The translations under genes were made by a program, and so were the position numbers. DNA of 32,000 nt from Halorutilales archaeon Cl-col2-1 (GTDB taxonomy: Archaea; Halobacteriota; Halobacteria; Halobacteriales; Afararchaeaceae). The stretch lies in NCBI GenBank assembly GCA_041891055.1, contig CP169074.1, forward strand, positions 857,620 to 889,619. The letters are read 5' to 3'. Of the stretch, positions 15,463 to 23,379 are shown in pieces. Numbering within the stretch: the first letter of the stretch is position 1; each line of letters starts with the position of its first letter. The notes under the pieces were generated by a model. That model was not told the DNA's origin, did not search any database, and saw nothing but the letters and a program-made list of their open reading frames with translations.

Positions 15463-16431
15463 ATGCTTGAGTTTGGGACTGCGGAAGCACGCAGTGGCGA
15501 GAAGGACACGGGAAGACTACGAGCCGGAGAGCTACGTGACGGCTCCGACTTCGGGATTCCGGTAGCCGTAGTCAACGGCTCGGGCAGAGGCAAGACGCTC
15601 TACATACAGGCGGGGAGCGACGGAGACGAACTAAACGGTGTCTCCGTTGTACGTGAGATTTACAGAAGGATAGATCCTGAGGAAGTATCGGGAAACCTAC
15701 TCATAGTCGGCGTTCTCAACTTCCACGGCTTCCAGAGAGCCGTCCACCGGAATCCTCTCGACGACATCAAGCTCAACAGGGCTTTCCCGGGGTCGAGGGA
15801 CTCCAGCAGTCAGCGTCTCGTCAACCTCGTCTACGAGGAGGGGGTCAAGAGATCCGACCTCGCGCTCGACCTCCATCAGGGATCGACGAGCCGTATGATC
15901 GACGAGGTAAGAGTGAGATGTGGGGAGGATCACTACCTCCACTCCGACTGCATGGATCTCGCACAGACCTTCGGCACCGAGTACATACTCGACGAGAAGG
16001 GAGCAGAGGGACAGCTTGCGAGGGTCGCACCCGACGAGGGTATTCCGACCGTAGACCCAGAGCTTGGAGGTAGCGTAGGTGTCGACGGGGCGTCGGTCGA
16101 GAAGGGCGTGAGAGGAATCTTCAACGTCCTCAAAGGTTATGGATTCATCTCGGGTGAGCCTGCTCTCCCGAGGAAACAGACGCGCGCGACGGGCTTCGAC
16201 ACGTTCTACACGAGACGCGGTGGAATGGTCGACCTCGAAGTCGATCTCTACGACGAGGTCGAGAGGGGACAGACCCTCTTCCAGGTAACAGACGTATTCG
16301 GAGATGTCAAACAGACTGTGACAGCCGACAACAGAGGTGTAGTCTGGCGGATGAGACGTCTACCGATGGTGGCGACAGGAGAGTACGTCATGAGCGTCGC
16401 TACGGGGATAGACGAGATCGAAACCCCGTAG
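15463..16431 (+). CDS. Succinylglutamate desuccinylase/aspartoacylase (AstE/AspA, M14-like) family deacylase
   Basis: GKTLYIQAGSDGDELNGV...LLIVGVLNFHGFQRAVHRNPLDDIKLNRAFPGS...ALDLHQGS matches the family layout (xHGxE, NP.a...R, DLNR.FPG, DLH). Asp occupies the position of the first His. Confidence 0.75.
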   Translation: MLEFGTAEARSGEKDTGRLRAGELRDGSDFGIPVAVVNGSGRGKTLYIQAGSDGDELNGVSVVREIYRRIDPEEVSGNLLIVGVLNFHGFQRAVHRNPLDDIKLNRAFPGSRDSSSQRLVNLVYEEGVKRSDLALDLHQGSTSRMIDEVRVRCGEDHYLHSDCMDLAQTFGTEYILDEKGAEGQLARVAPDEGIPTVDPELGGSVGVDGASVEKGVRGIFNVLKGYGFISGEPALPRKQTRATGFDTFYTRRGGMVDLEVDLYDEVERGQTLFQVTDVFGDVKQTVTADNRGVVWRMRRLPMVATGEYVMSVATGIDEIETP

Positions 16432-16793
16432 TGGGTCGAGACCGTCTTGGGTATATGTCCGAGAAAGAGAAAGAGACAGAGACAGACACAGACATAGAAG
16501 CCGACGACCTCCTACCCGCAGAACGTCTCAGACAGTCGGCTCTCGAAGGCGACGTGACACAGATACACAGAGGTGAGAGACACGCCAATGAGGATGACAG
16601 ATTCGTGATAGACGGCACGACCTTTGAGGTCGTCGAGGTGTACGAGGAGAGACTCGGCGATATGACCGACGAGGACGCACGTGCCGAGGGGTCGGACAGC
16701 TTAGAGGACTACAAGAGACGTGTCGAGAGGGCACACGGTATAGAGTGGGACGACGACAGTACTGCCGTCTTACACAGGTTCGAGCGCGTCTAG
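16431..16793 (+). CDS. ASCH (PUA-like) domain protein
   Basis: IHRGERHANEDDRFVIDGTTFEVVEVYEERLGDMTDEDARAEGSDSLEDYKRRVERAH matches the typical ASCH C-terminal pattern (L.dlt.edA..EGf.sleey). The GTG at 16431 overlaps the upstream stop by 1 nt. The ATG at 16455 is an alternative start. Confidence 0.7.
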   Translation: MGRDRLGYMSEKEKETETDTDIEADDLLPAERLRQSALEGDVTQIHRGERHANEDDRFVIDGTTFEVVEVYEERLGDMTDEDARAEGSDSLEDYKRRVERAHGIEWDDDSTAVLHRFERV

Positions 16794-17731
16794 ACCACTC
16801 GCGTCTCCCTGTCCTTCTCGGGGTACTCGACCACGACCTCCATCCCGTCGTAAGCCACCTCCGTATGCGAGAAGATTTCACGCGCCTGTCTCACGAGGCG
16901 CTCGACGCCGTCGGAGTAACGTGAACTCACATGTGTGAGTGCGAGCATCTCGACATCGGCATCCCTCGCCGTCTTGGCTGCCTCCCTCGCAGTCGAGTGT
17001 CCCGTCTCGTAGGCGCGGTCCGACATCTCGTCGTCGAACATCCCGTCGTGTATCAGTAGTGAGGCGTCGCGCGAGGCTTCGAATATCTCGTCTGTGGTTC
17101 TCGTGTCGCCCGTGTAGACGACCTTACGTCCCGGACGTGGTTCCCCGACGACCTGGTCGGGGGTCACAGTAGTTCCGTCGTCAAGTTCGACACGCTCGCC
17201 CTCGTGGAGCTTAGAGAAGAGGGGGCCGGGTGGCACGCCCAGAGCCTCCGCCTTCTGCCTGTCGAACTTACCCTTCCTGTCGTCCTCCTCTATCGAGTAG
17301 CCGACGCTGTTTACGTTCCAGTGCTTCGTACGGAAGACCTCGACCGAGTATCCCCCCATCTCTATGCTGTATCCGTTGCCTACCTCGTGTACCCTGACGT
17401 CGTAAGCCGGACTGTGTCCCCCCAACTCGACGCAGTCCTCGACGACATTCTCCATCCCCTTCGGGCAGTAGACGTCGACCGGCTCTTCACGTCCCTGGAA
17501 GGTCCAGGTCTGGAAGAGACCCGGGAGGCCGAGTATGTGGTCTCCGTGTATATGTGTCAGGAAGATGGCATCGACACCGAAGCCCGTGCCGTGTTTCATC
17601 ATCTGTCTCTGTATTCCCTCGCCGCAGTCGAAGAGGAGACGGTCACCCTCCATCTCGACCATCACACCGCTCGGGTTCCTCTCGGTAGTCGGGATAGAGC
17701 CTCCGGTTCCCAGAAACGTAACGCGTAACAT
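16790..17731 (-). CDS. rnz: Ribonuclease Z (tRNA 3' endonuclease)
   Basis: LRVTFLGTGGSIPTTERNPSGVMVEMEGDRLLFDCGEGIQRQMM and FLTHIHGDHILGLPGL (the metallo-beta-lactamase HxHxDH motif). C-terminal ALTHVSSRY. The 313-aa size is typical of short-form RNase Z. Confidence 0.9.
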   Translation of the reverse strand: MLRVTFLGTGGSIPTTERNPSGVMVEMEGDRLLFDCGEGIQRQMMKHGTGFGVDAIFLTHIHGDHILGLPGLFQTWTFQGREEPVDVYCPKGMENVVEDCVELGGHSPAYDVRVHEVGNGYSIEMGGYSVEVFRTKHWNVNSVGYSIEEDDRKGKFDRQKAEALGVPPGPLFSKLHEGERVELDDGTTVTPDQVVGEPRPGRKVVYTGDTRTTDEIFEASRDASLLIHDGMFDDEMSDRAYETGHSTAREAAKTARDADVEMLALTHVSSRYSDGVERLVRQAREIFSHTEVAYDGMEVVVEYPEKDRETRVV

Positions 17732-17732
17732 C

Positions 17733-17990
17733 TTAGACGAGATCCTTGATCTTCGTAGCGGGCTTCGTCGACTTTATGTCGGTGTCGATCATTCCGACGA
17801 CTTCGAGGTCTGTGGTTTCGAGGTAGTCCTTGCCCGAGGCTCCCTCGACGACCTCCTTCCGCATACGGAACTCGTGTCCGTCGTACTCGACGTCGACGCC
17901 GTCCCTGTCGAACCTCAGTACTGTTCCCGAGTGGACGACCTCAGACTTATCACTGTTATTATCGGAGTCCTCAGATCCGGAATCAGACAT
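17733..17990 (-). CDS. Small acidic protein of unknown function, immediately upstream of rnz (1-nt gap)
   Basis: The ORF has neighbour-like codon usage and an acidic Ser/Asp-rich N-terminus followed by beta-strand-like sequence. Its tight packing with rnz suggests co-transcription. Confidence 0.5.
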   Translation of the reverse strand: MSDSGSEDSDNNSDKSEVVHSGTVLRFDRDGVDVEYDGHEFRMRKEVVEGASGKDYLETTDLEVVGMIDTDIKSTKPATKIKDLV

Positions 17991-18043
17991 ACATAGACGT
18001 AGGTCGGTTCACCGAATAAGGCTCACGGATTGGAGTAGATGTG

Positions 18044-19390
18044 TCAGACTCCAGCCTCGTCGTCGAGTTCGAGTGCCTTATCGACGGCTTCGTCGGCTGA
18101 TTCGGCTAAGAGCCTGACCATCGTCTCCTTTCCGACGTCCCCCCTGTCGAGAACCGCGTCGGGAGCCTCATCGCGCCCCTCCATCACGACCTTCGCGCTC
18201 CAGCTCATCGTACTCCCCTCAGTCGACTTTATTCTTTCAGGCTCCTCCGATCTGTCGAACTCGACAGTATCCCAGCCGAGACTGTCTACGGCTTTCTCTA
18301 TCCTGTCGTCGAGACGGAGGTTCGCGGCAGCGTTGACCGACTCGTCGTAGTCACGTACTCCCAAGAGGAAACGCGCGACATGGCTTGACGCCCCTAGCCA
18401 GGCTCCCGACGTCGCCTTGACACCATCGGAGAGCCGCGAGATACGCCCTTCGACTCCGGCGACCTCATCTACTGAGACGGCGTACGGAGTCGTGACAGCG
18501 AAGTTGGTGCCGACCTCGGGGACAATCCGTGAGATGTCCTCCGACTCGAAGGTCTCGACTGCGTTCCTGACCTTCTCTACGGCGTCGAACCGCGCCGCCG
18601 AGTTACGTAGTCCAGCCAGGTGGTGGACAGAGCCATTACCCTCGCCGACATCTAGACCGTATCTTATCGCTCGGTGAATGAACTCCTCTCCCCTCGCAAC
18701 AGCAGTCTGGAGATCCTCTCCTTTAGCGAGTTCGGCGGTCACAGCCGACGATAGCGCGCAGCCCGTGCCGTGTGTGTTCTCAGTTTCGAACCTCTCCTTG
18801 TAGAACTTGCGTGAGTTGGCGAGACGCAGGACATCGACTATCTCGTCGGAGTCGTCCTCGGAGTGTCCACCCTTGATGAGAGCCGCGTCAGCTCCGAGGC
18901 TTTCGGTGATTATCTTCGCCGCTCTCTCCATCGATTTCTCGTCGTGAACCTCGACGTCGGCGAGTACCTCAGCCTCGGGTATGTTGGGTGTAACAAGACT
19001 CGCCTCGGGGACGAGTTCATCTCGGAGGAGTTCCTCGGCGTCCTCGTCCAAGAGTCTGTCACCGCTCTGTGCGACCATCACGGGATCGACCACAAGAGGA
19101 AAATCATGTCCGCGTACCTTCTCGGCGACAGCCTCTATTATCTCGGTGCTTCCGAGCATTCCCGTCTTCGCGGCTCCGATGTTGAAGTCGGAGACTACGG
19201 AGTCTATCTGTGCGACTACCTCGTCAGGTGGGACGGGATGTACCGAGTCGACCCCGAGCGTGTTCTGTGCTGTGATATTGGTGACAGCCGAAGTTCCGAA
19301 GACGCCTCTCGCCTCGAATGTCTTGAGATCCGCCTGTATCCCGGCGCCGCCTCCCGAGTCGGAGCCCGCTACTGTTAAGGCTACTTCCAT
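18044..19390 (-). CDS. thiDN: Bifunctional ThiD/ThiN: hydroxymethylpyrimidine/phosphomethylpyrimidine kinase fused to archaeal thiamine-phosphate synthase
   Basis: The N-terminal half has ThiD motifs ([48 protein letters not shown]). The C-terminal domain of about 180 aa has the position and size of the ThiN domain in archaeal ThiDN fusions. Confidence 0.88.
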   Translation of the reverse strand: MEVALTVAGSDSGGGAGIQADLKTFEARGVFGTSAVTNITAQNTLGVDSVHPVPPDEVVAQIDSVVSDFNIGAAKTGMLGSTEIIEAVAEKVRGHDFPLVVDPVMVAQSGDRLLDEDAEELLRDELVPEASLVTPNIPEAEVLADVEVHDEKSMERAAKIITESLGADAALIKGGHSEDDSDEIVDVLRLANSRKFYKERFETENTHGTGCALSSAVTAELAKGEDLQTAVARGEEFIHRAIRYGLDVGEGNGSVHHLAGLRNSAARFDAVEKVRNAVETFESEDISRIVPEVGTNFAVTTPYAVSVDEVAGVEGRISRLSDGVKATSGAWLGASSHVARFLLGVRDYDESVNAAANLRLDDRIEKAVDSLGWDTVEFDRSEEPERIKSTEGSTMSWSAKVVMEGRDEAPDAVLDRGDVGKETMVRLLAESADEAVDKALELDDEAGV

Positions 19391-19415
19391 GTGGGACGTA
19401 TAGAGACCGTTCGAC

Positions 19416-19421
19416 TTTTAT
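19416..19421. promoter_or_regulatory. Candidate shared TATA-like element in the 54-bp thiDN/tyrA divergent intergenic region
   Basis: TTTTAT/ATAAAA is the main A/T hexamer in the 54-bp spacer. It is centred about 26-27 nt from the tyrA ATG (19445) and about 28 nt from the thiDN start (19390). That spacing is expected for archaeal TATA boxes driving leaderless transcripts. Confidence 0.35.
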
Positions 19422-19444
19422 CTGTCTCTGTCGTCTTGCCATAC

Positions 19445-20722
19445 ATGAAGATTCTCGTGGTCGGCGGCGCGGGCGCGATGGGGGAGTGGTTCGTAGGGTT
19501 CTTCGAGGAGCGTGGCTACGACGTCTACGTGAGCGACCCCGACGCCGACGACTCAGTTCCTCTCAAACGTGTCGACGACTTCGACATCGTCGTAGTCTCG
19601 GTTCCGATAGACTCGACCGTCGAGGTTATCGAGGAGGTCGCTCCGCGTATGTCGGACGGTCTACTGATGGACATCACGAGTGTCAAGAAGAAGCCCGTCG
19701 ACGCGATGCGCGAGAACGTCTCCGAGGACGTAGAGGTTCTTGGGACACATCCGATGTACGGTCCAAGCGTGCGGTCTATGAGGGGCCAGACCGTGATAAT
19801 CGTTGAGGTACATACGGGAGAGAGAGCCGAGGAGATTGTCTCTCTCTTCGACGACGCAGGGGCTAACATACAGAGAGTCTCGGCTAAGGAACACGACGAG
19901 ATGATGAGCGTCGTCCAGGGTCTGACCCATTTCTCCTACATTACAGTAGGAAGGACTCTCGAACGTATTGACTTCGACGTCGACGAGTCGAGACGTTTCA
20001 TGTCTCCCGTCTACGAGATAACACTCGACTTCGTGGGACGTATACTCAATCAGAACCCTCATCTCTACGCCGATATACAGGAGAACCAGCCCGTAGGCGT
20101 GGTACACGACGCCTTCGTCGAAACTGCGCGTGAACTCAGAGGTCTCGTAGAGGACGGTGACCATGACGGATTTGTCGACGTGATGAACGACTCGGCGAGA
20201 CATTACGGCGACACCAAAAGCGCACTCCGACGATCCGATAAACTCATAGACGCGAAGGTCGAGGAGTACGAGGAGTTACACGAGAGCCTGGGCGACGAAA
20301 GGGGTCTCCGACACGTCTACTCCGATACTGTCCACGTCGGAGTAGTCGACGAGATCGATGGGCAGACGGTCTATCTCGACGAGGGCACCGAGGTCGTAGA
20401 GTTAAACACGAGTAACGTCGAGCTTCTCTCCGAAGACGAACTCAGAGACTGGAAGCTCGAAAGCCTCGAAAGACACGAGAGGGACGTAAGCGTCGTATTT
20501 AGTCACGGGATCGACACCGAGGTTCTCGAAGACGTACTTGTCTCGTCAGACGACGACGTCGTCGAAGTCGAGACTGTCGATATCTACGACGGCGACGCAG
20601 TTCCCGAGGATGCCGTCAGCTACACAGTGCGTCTGGGGATAATAGGTGACGCAGATCCAGGCGAGGTCGTCGGCTCGGTAGTCGAGACACTCGAAGGACT
20701 CGGAGGCGAAATAAGGACATGA
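19445..20722 (+). CDS. tyrA: Prephenate dehydrogenase (TyrA) with a C-terminal extension of about 160 aa ending in an FDX-ACB-like domain
   Basis: The Rossmann motif is MKILVVGGAGAMGEWF. PDH motifs are DITSVKKKP, LGTHPMYGP and HDEMMSVVQGLTHF. I prefer the ATG at 19445 over the upstream alternative start at 19391. The tail RDVSVVF...VDIYDGDAVPEDAVSYTVRL resembles the PheRS beta C-terminal domain. Confidence 0.85.
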   Translation: MKILVVGGAGAMGEWFVGFFEERGYDVYVSDPDADDSVPLKRVDDFDIVVVSVPIDSTVEVIEEVAPRMSDGLLMDITSVKKKPVDAMRENVSEDVEVLGTHPMYGPSVRSMRGQTVIIVEVHTGERAEEIVSLFDDAGANIQRVSAKEHDEMMSVVQGLTHFSYITVGRTLERIDFDVDESRRFMSPVYEITLDFVGRILNQNPHLYADIQENQPVGVVHDAFVETARELRGLVEDGDHDGFVDVMNDSARHYGDTKSALRRSDKLIDAKVEEYEELHESLGDERGLRHVYSDTVHVGVVDEIDGQTVYLDEGTEVVELNTSNVELLSEDELRDWKLESLERHERDVSVVFSHGIDTEVLEDVLVSSDDDVVEVETVDIYDGDAVPEDAVSYTVRLGIIGDADPGEVVGSVVETLEGLGGEIRT

Positions 20723-22074
20723 CTGAACGCGACGAGATACTCGACACGGTGCGTTACACCGCGAAAGCACACGACTTCACGACTGAGGAGATAGACAACT
20801 ACCTCCCCTTCGACGCAGACCCAGACGAAGTTAGGGGAGTGATATCCGACAACGTCTACGACGTCTCAGTGGGCGAGACAGAGGAGGGGGTCTTCACGAG
20901 GGTCGAGGGCGACGAGGTGGAGGTGGACTTCGATCCTGGCATCTCCGACCGTATAGAGTCGAACGTCGGTGGGATACTCGAAGAAGAGATCAAGTCGGAG
21001 AGACAGATTCTGGAGTACATAGACTCACTCAGGGGAAGCTATCCGGGTTCGGGAGTCGAGTACACCGCAGAGGACTGTCTGGCTTACCTCGTCTACCACT
21101 TCCCCGCCTACTACGTCGAGGCGAAACACGTCCTCTCAGACCTGCCTCTCAAGGACAGGATGCGCGTCCTCGATGTAGGCGCGGGTGTGGGAGCGAACGC
21201 ACTGGGTCTCCACGACTTACTTCCGTCACAGACCGCGGTCGAGTACACTGCTGTCGAACCCTCGGAAGCCGCCGAGTACCTCGAACGTCTACTCTCGGAG
21301 ACTCGGACGACCTTCGGTACGAACGTAGAGAAGGAGACAGCCGGCTCATTCTCTCCCGAAGCCGATGAGAGATACGACCTCATACTCTTCTTCAACGTTT
21401 TGAACGAGCTAAGTGATCCTGTCGACGTCCTCGAAGAGTACATCGAGTACCTCTCCGAAGACGGAAGCCTCGTCGTAGTCGATCCCGCCGACCTAGAGAC
21501 CTCGGTTCCGCTGCGTGAGATACAGCGCGAGTTCCACCACGACTACACTGTTTACGGCCCGTGTACGTATCTCTGGGACGAGAAATGCGGAGGCAGATGC
21601 TGGAGCTTCGACTCGGTCGGGTTCGAGCCCCCCGACTTCGCGCGTTCGTACGTCGGTGACAGGGACGCCTACGTCCGCGACGAGGTCAAGTACTCGCATT
21701 TCGTCCTGCGTAAGGACGGCAGAACGCGGCGTTCGTACGACGCCAGAAGGTCGGAGGAGGCTATGATGGACGAGATGTCGGAAAACGTCGGAAGACGGAT
21801 ACGTGTAACGGCGGCTAAGATGAGCGGCGACCTCAGCGATGACGACAAAGGAACCGAGGTCTACAAGGTCTGTGACGGCTCGGCAAAGTCGGAGCACTAC
21901 GCCGTCCTGAGGGACGAGACTGAGTTCAACCGCTATCTCCGAGACGCCGACTACGGCGAGATACTCCGTCTCGAAGACGTCTTAGTACATTACAATCCCA
22001 ACGAGTCGGAAGACGTTCCCGAGTCGTACCACCTTGTCGTCGACGACGAGTCAGTCGTCGCAAGACAAGAGTAA
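20719..22074 (+). CDS. Class I SAM-dependent methyltransferase, Rsm22-like, with Cys cluster and C-terminal OB-like region
   Basis: SAM motif I is RVLDVGAGVGANALGL and the post-I acidic residue is in YTAVEPS. Motif III-like sequence is DLILFFNVLNEL. The Cys cluster GPCTYLWDEKCGGRCWSF is as in Rsm22-type proteins. Its start overlaps the tyrA stop (ATGA). Confidence 0.6.
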   Translation: MTERDEILDTVRYTAKAHDFTTEEIDNYLPFDADPDEVRGVISDNVYDVSVGETEEGVFTRVEGDEVEVDFDPGISDRIESNVGGILEEEIKSERQILEYIDSLRGSYPGSGVEYTAEDCLAYLVYHFPAYYVEAKHVLSDLPLKDRMRVLDVGAGVGANALGLHDLLPSQTAVEYTAVEPSEAAEYLERLLSETRTTFGTNVEKETAGSFSPEADERYDLILFFNVLNELSDPVDVLEEYIEYLSEDGSLVVVDPADLETSVPLREIQREFHHDYTVYGPCTYLWDEKCGGRCWSFDSVGFEPPDFARSYVGDRDAYVRDEVKYSHFVLRKDGRTRRSYDARRSEEAMMDEMSENVGRRIRVTAAKMSGDLSDDDKGTEVYKVCDGSAKSEHYAVLRDETEFNRYLRDADYGEILRLEDVLVHYNPNESEDVPESYHLVVDDESVVARQE

Positions 22075-22107
22075 AGATATTTGATACGTAACTGTGTATA
22101 TCCGACA

Positions 22108-22773
22108 ATGTCAGACAGTGACAGTGACCCGCCTTCGACGCGCGACGAACTCGAAGAGCTGGGTTTCTACGACAACGAGTTCACCGAGTTCCCTCCCGAG
22201 CTCAGCGGAATAAAGAGGTTCAAGGTCGAAGGGAAGACAGAGCCCTTGGTCGAGTCGCTCGACATCTTCGAAGCCAACTTCCTCAGGAAGGAGGTCATAG
22301 AAGCACTCGGAAGAATAGGTGACGACAACGCCGTTGACCGTCTCCTCGACGAGGTAGACGACGCCGACACACGTATAGATGCGATAGAAGCACTTGCACG
22401 GATAGGCTCGCCGAAGGCGTCCGAGAAGCTCGAAGATACTCTTGACCCCGAGGCTAACATCCCCGACAACGTACGTGCGAAGGCGGCGGACGCCCTCGGC
22501 AAGATAGGGGACTCGGGATCGACAGACGCAGTCGTCGGAGCCCTCGAAATGGAGTCGGTACGAGTCAGAGAGTCGGCAGCGGAGGCTCTCGGAAGTATAG
22601 GAGACGAGGACGCCGTCGAGGATCTGGGTAGCCTCCTCGAAGAAGAGACACACGAGTCAGTACGCGTGAGCGCGGCGAAGTCTCTCGCAGAGATAGGCGG
22701 TGAGAGGGCGCGCGGGATACTCGAAGACTACTCCGACGACACGAACGAGCTAGTGGCTAAAGCGGCGTCTTGA
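22108..22773 (+). CDS. HEAT-repeat protein (PBS-lyase HEAT-like repeats)
   Basis: There are at least five repeats of the pattern (V/A)RxxAAxALGxIGDxxAVxxL: EALGRIGDDNAVDRL, EALARIGSPKASEKL, ADALGKIGDSGSTDAV, AEALGSIGDEDAVEDL and AKSLAEIGGERARGIL. I prefer the ATG at 22108. Confidence 0.75.
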   Translation: MSDSDSDPPSTRDELEELGFYDNEFTEFPPELSGIKRFKVEGKTEPLVESLDIFEANFLRKEVIEALGRIGDDNAVDRLLDEVDDADTRIDAIEALARIGSPKASEKLEDTLDPEANIPDNVRAKAADALGKIGDSGSTDAVVGALEMESVRVRESAAEALGSIGDEDAVEDLGSLLEEETHESVRVSAAKSLAEIGGERARGILEDYSDDTNELVAKAAS

Positions 22774-22852
22774 CCTCGGCTAGAATTTACACACAAATTT
22801 AGGCACGAAGGGAAAGATATATTTCTATTTAGTGGTACAGACCTAGTAGATC

Positions 22853-23341
22853 ATGGACAGAAGAGACTTCCTGAAGGCTGCGGGAGCGACATCGATAGCT
22901 GGACTCGCCGGCTGTACAGGCGGCGGGGGCGGAGGAAACGGCGGAGATACCGGCGGTGACGGTGGAGGCGACACCGGCGGAAACGGCGGAGACTCAGGTG
23001 GAGACAGCGGAGGAGACTCGGGTGGAGACTCCGGCGGAAACGGCGGAGGCGGAACCACGGGACTCCCCGAAGGTGTCTCTCAGGAACAGTTCGACACTGG
23101 TCCCGTCCCCGACGCCTACTCGACCGCAACCTCACAGGGTGGTACCGCCAGAAACCCCGACGTCCTCCAGGCAAAGAGTGGCGTCAGCTACCAGTCAGAG
23201 CCGAGTTCGGGTGACCAGTGTGATGGCTGTGTCCAGTACGTACCCGACCAGAACGACGACGGCTACGGCGCATGTGCTCTCGTAGAGGGCTACATCCATC
23301 CCCAGGGATGGTGCTCGCTCTACGCTGCGTACCAGGGCTAG
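22853..23341 (+). CDS. Tat-exported, lipobox-bearing high-potential iron-sulfur protein (HiPIP)
   Basis: The signal is MDRRDFLKAAGATSIAGLAGC (twin-Arg plus lipobox), followed by a GGDxGG linker. The C-terminus DQCDGCVQYVPDQNDDGYGACALVEGYIHPQGWCSLYAAY has the four-Cys HiPIP pattern C-x2-C-x(n)-C-x(n)-GWC-x-x-(Y/W). Compare Halorhodospira-type ...CENCAFW...GRC...EGWCSVYA. Confidence 0.8.
   Translation: MDRRDFLKAAGATSIAGLAGCTGGGGGGNGGDTGGDGGGDTGGNGGDSGGDSGGDSGGDSGGNGGGGTTGLPEGVSQEQFDTGPVPDAYSTATSQGGTARNPDVLQAKSGVSYQSEPSSGDQCDGCVQYVPDQNDDGYGACALVEGYIHPQGWCSLYAAYQG
22919..23053 (+). repeat. Coding low-complexity repeat (GGD[ST]GG/GGNGG units) forming the HiPIP lipoprotein linker
   Basis: It translates to GGGGGGNGGDTGGDGGGDTGGNGGDSGGDSGGDSGGDSGGNGGGG. 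The four consecutive DS units use different Ser codons (tca, agc, tcg, tcc), so the DNA repeat is imperfect. Confidence 0.8.
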
Positions 23342-23379
23342 AAGAGTAGAGTAGTACAGAATCCTTTTCCGACCAACTA

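Noticed and set aside
14811-15470. A 219-aa Arg-rich ORF in an alternative + frame over ccdA
   Set aside because: The ccdA frame has TM helices and both conserved Cys motifs. The alternate frame is basic low-complexity sequence, unlike any other protein in this acidic proteome.
19391-19444. An upstream alternative start extending tyrA by 18 codons ([18 protein letters not shown])
   Set aside because: The extension would consume the whole divergent promoter region. The ATG at 19445 places the GxGxxG Rossmann motif at the usual position (MKILVVGGAG).
22919-23053. Short tandem repeats, considered as a possible CRISPR array or microsatellite
   Set aside because: The units are 12-15 nt, imperfect, in-frame and translate to a Gly-rich lipoprotein linker. 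There is no repeat-spacer architecture anywhere in the window.
22843-23174. Proline-rich (PPESPP...) and Arg-rich ORFs on the - strand, and a +2-frame ORF at 22956-23285
   Set aside because: They are mirror or alternate readings of the GGDSGG-encoding repeat of the HiPIP lipoprotein. No independent signal supports them.
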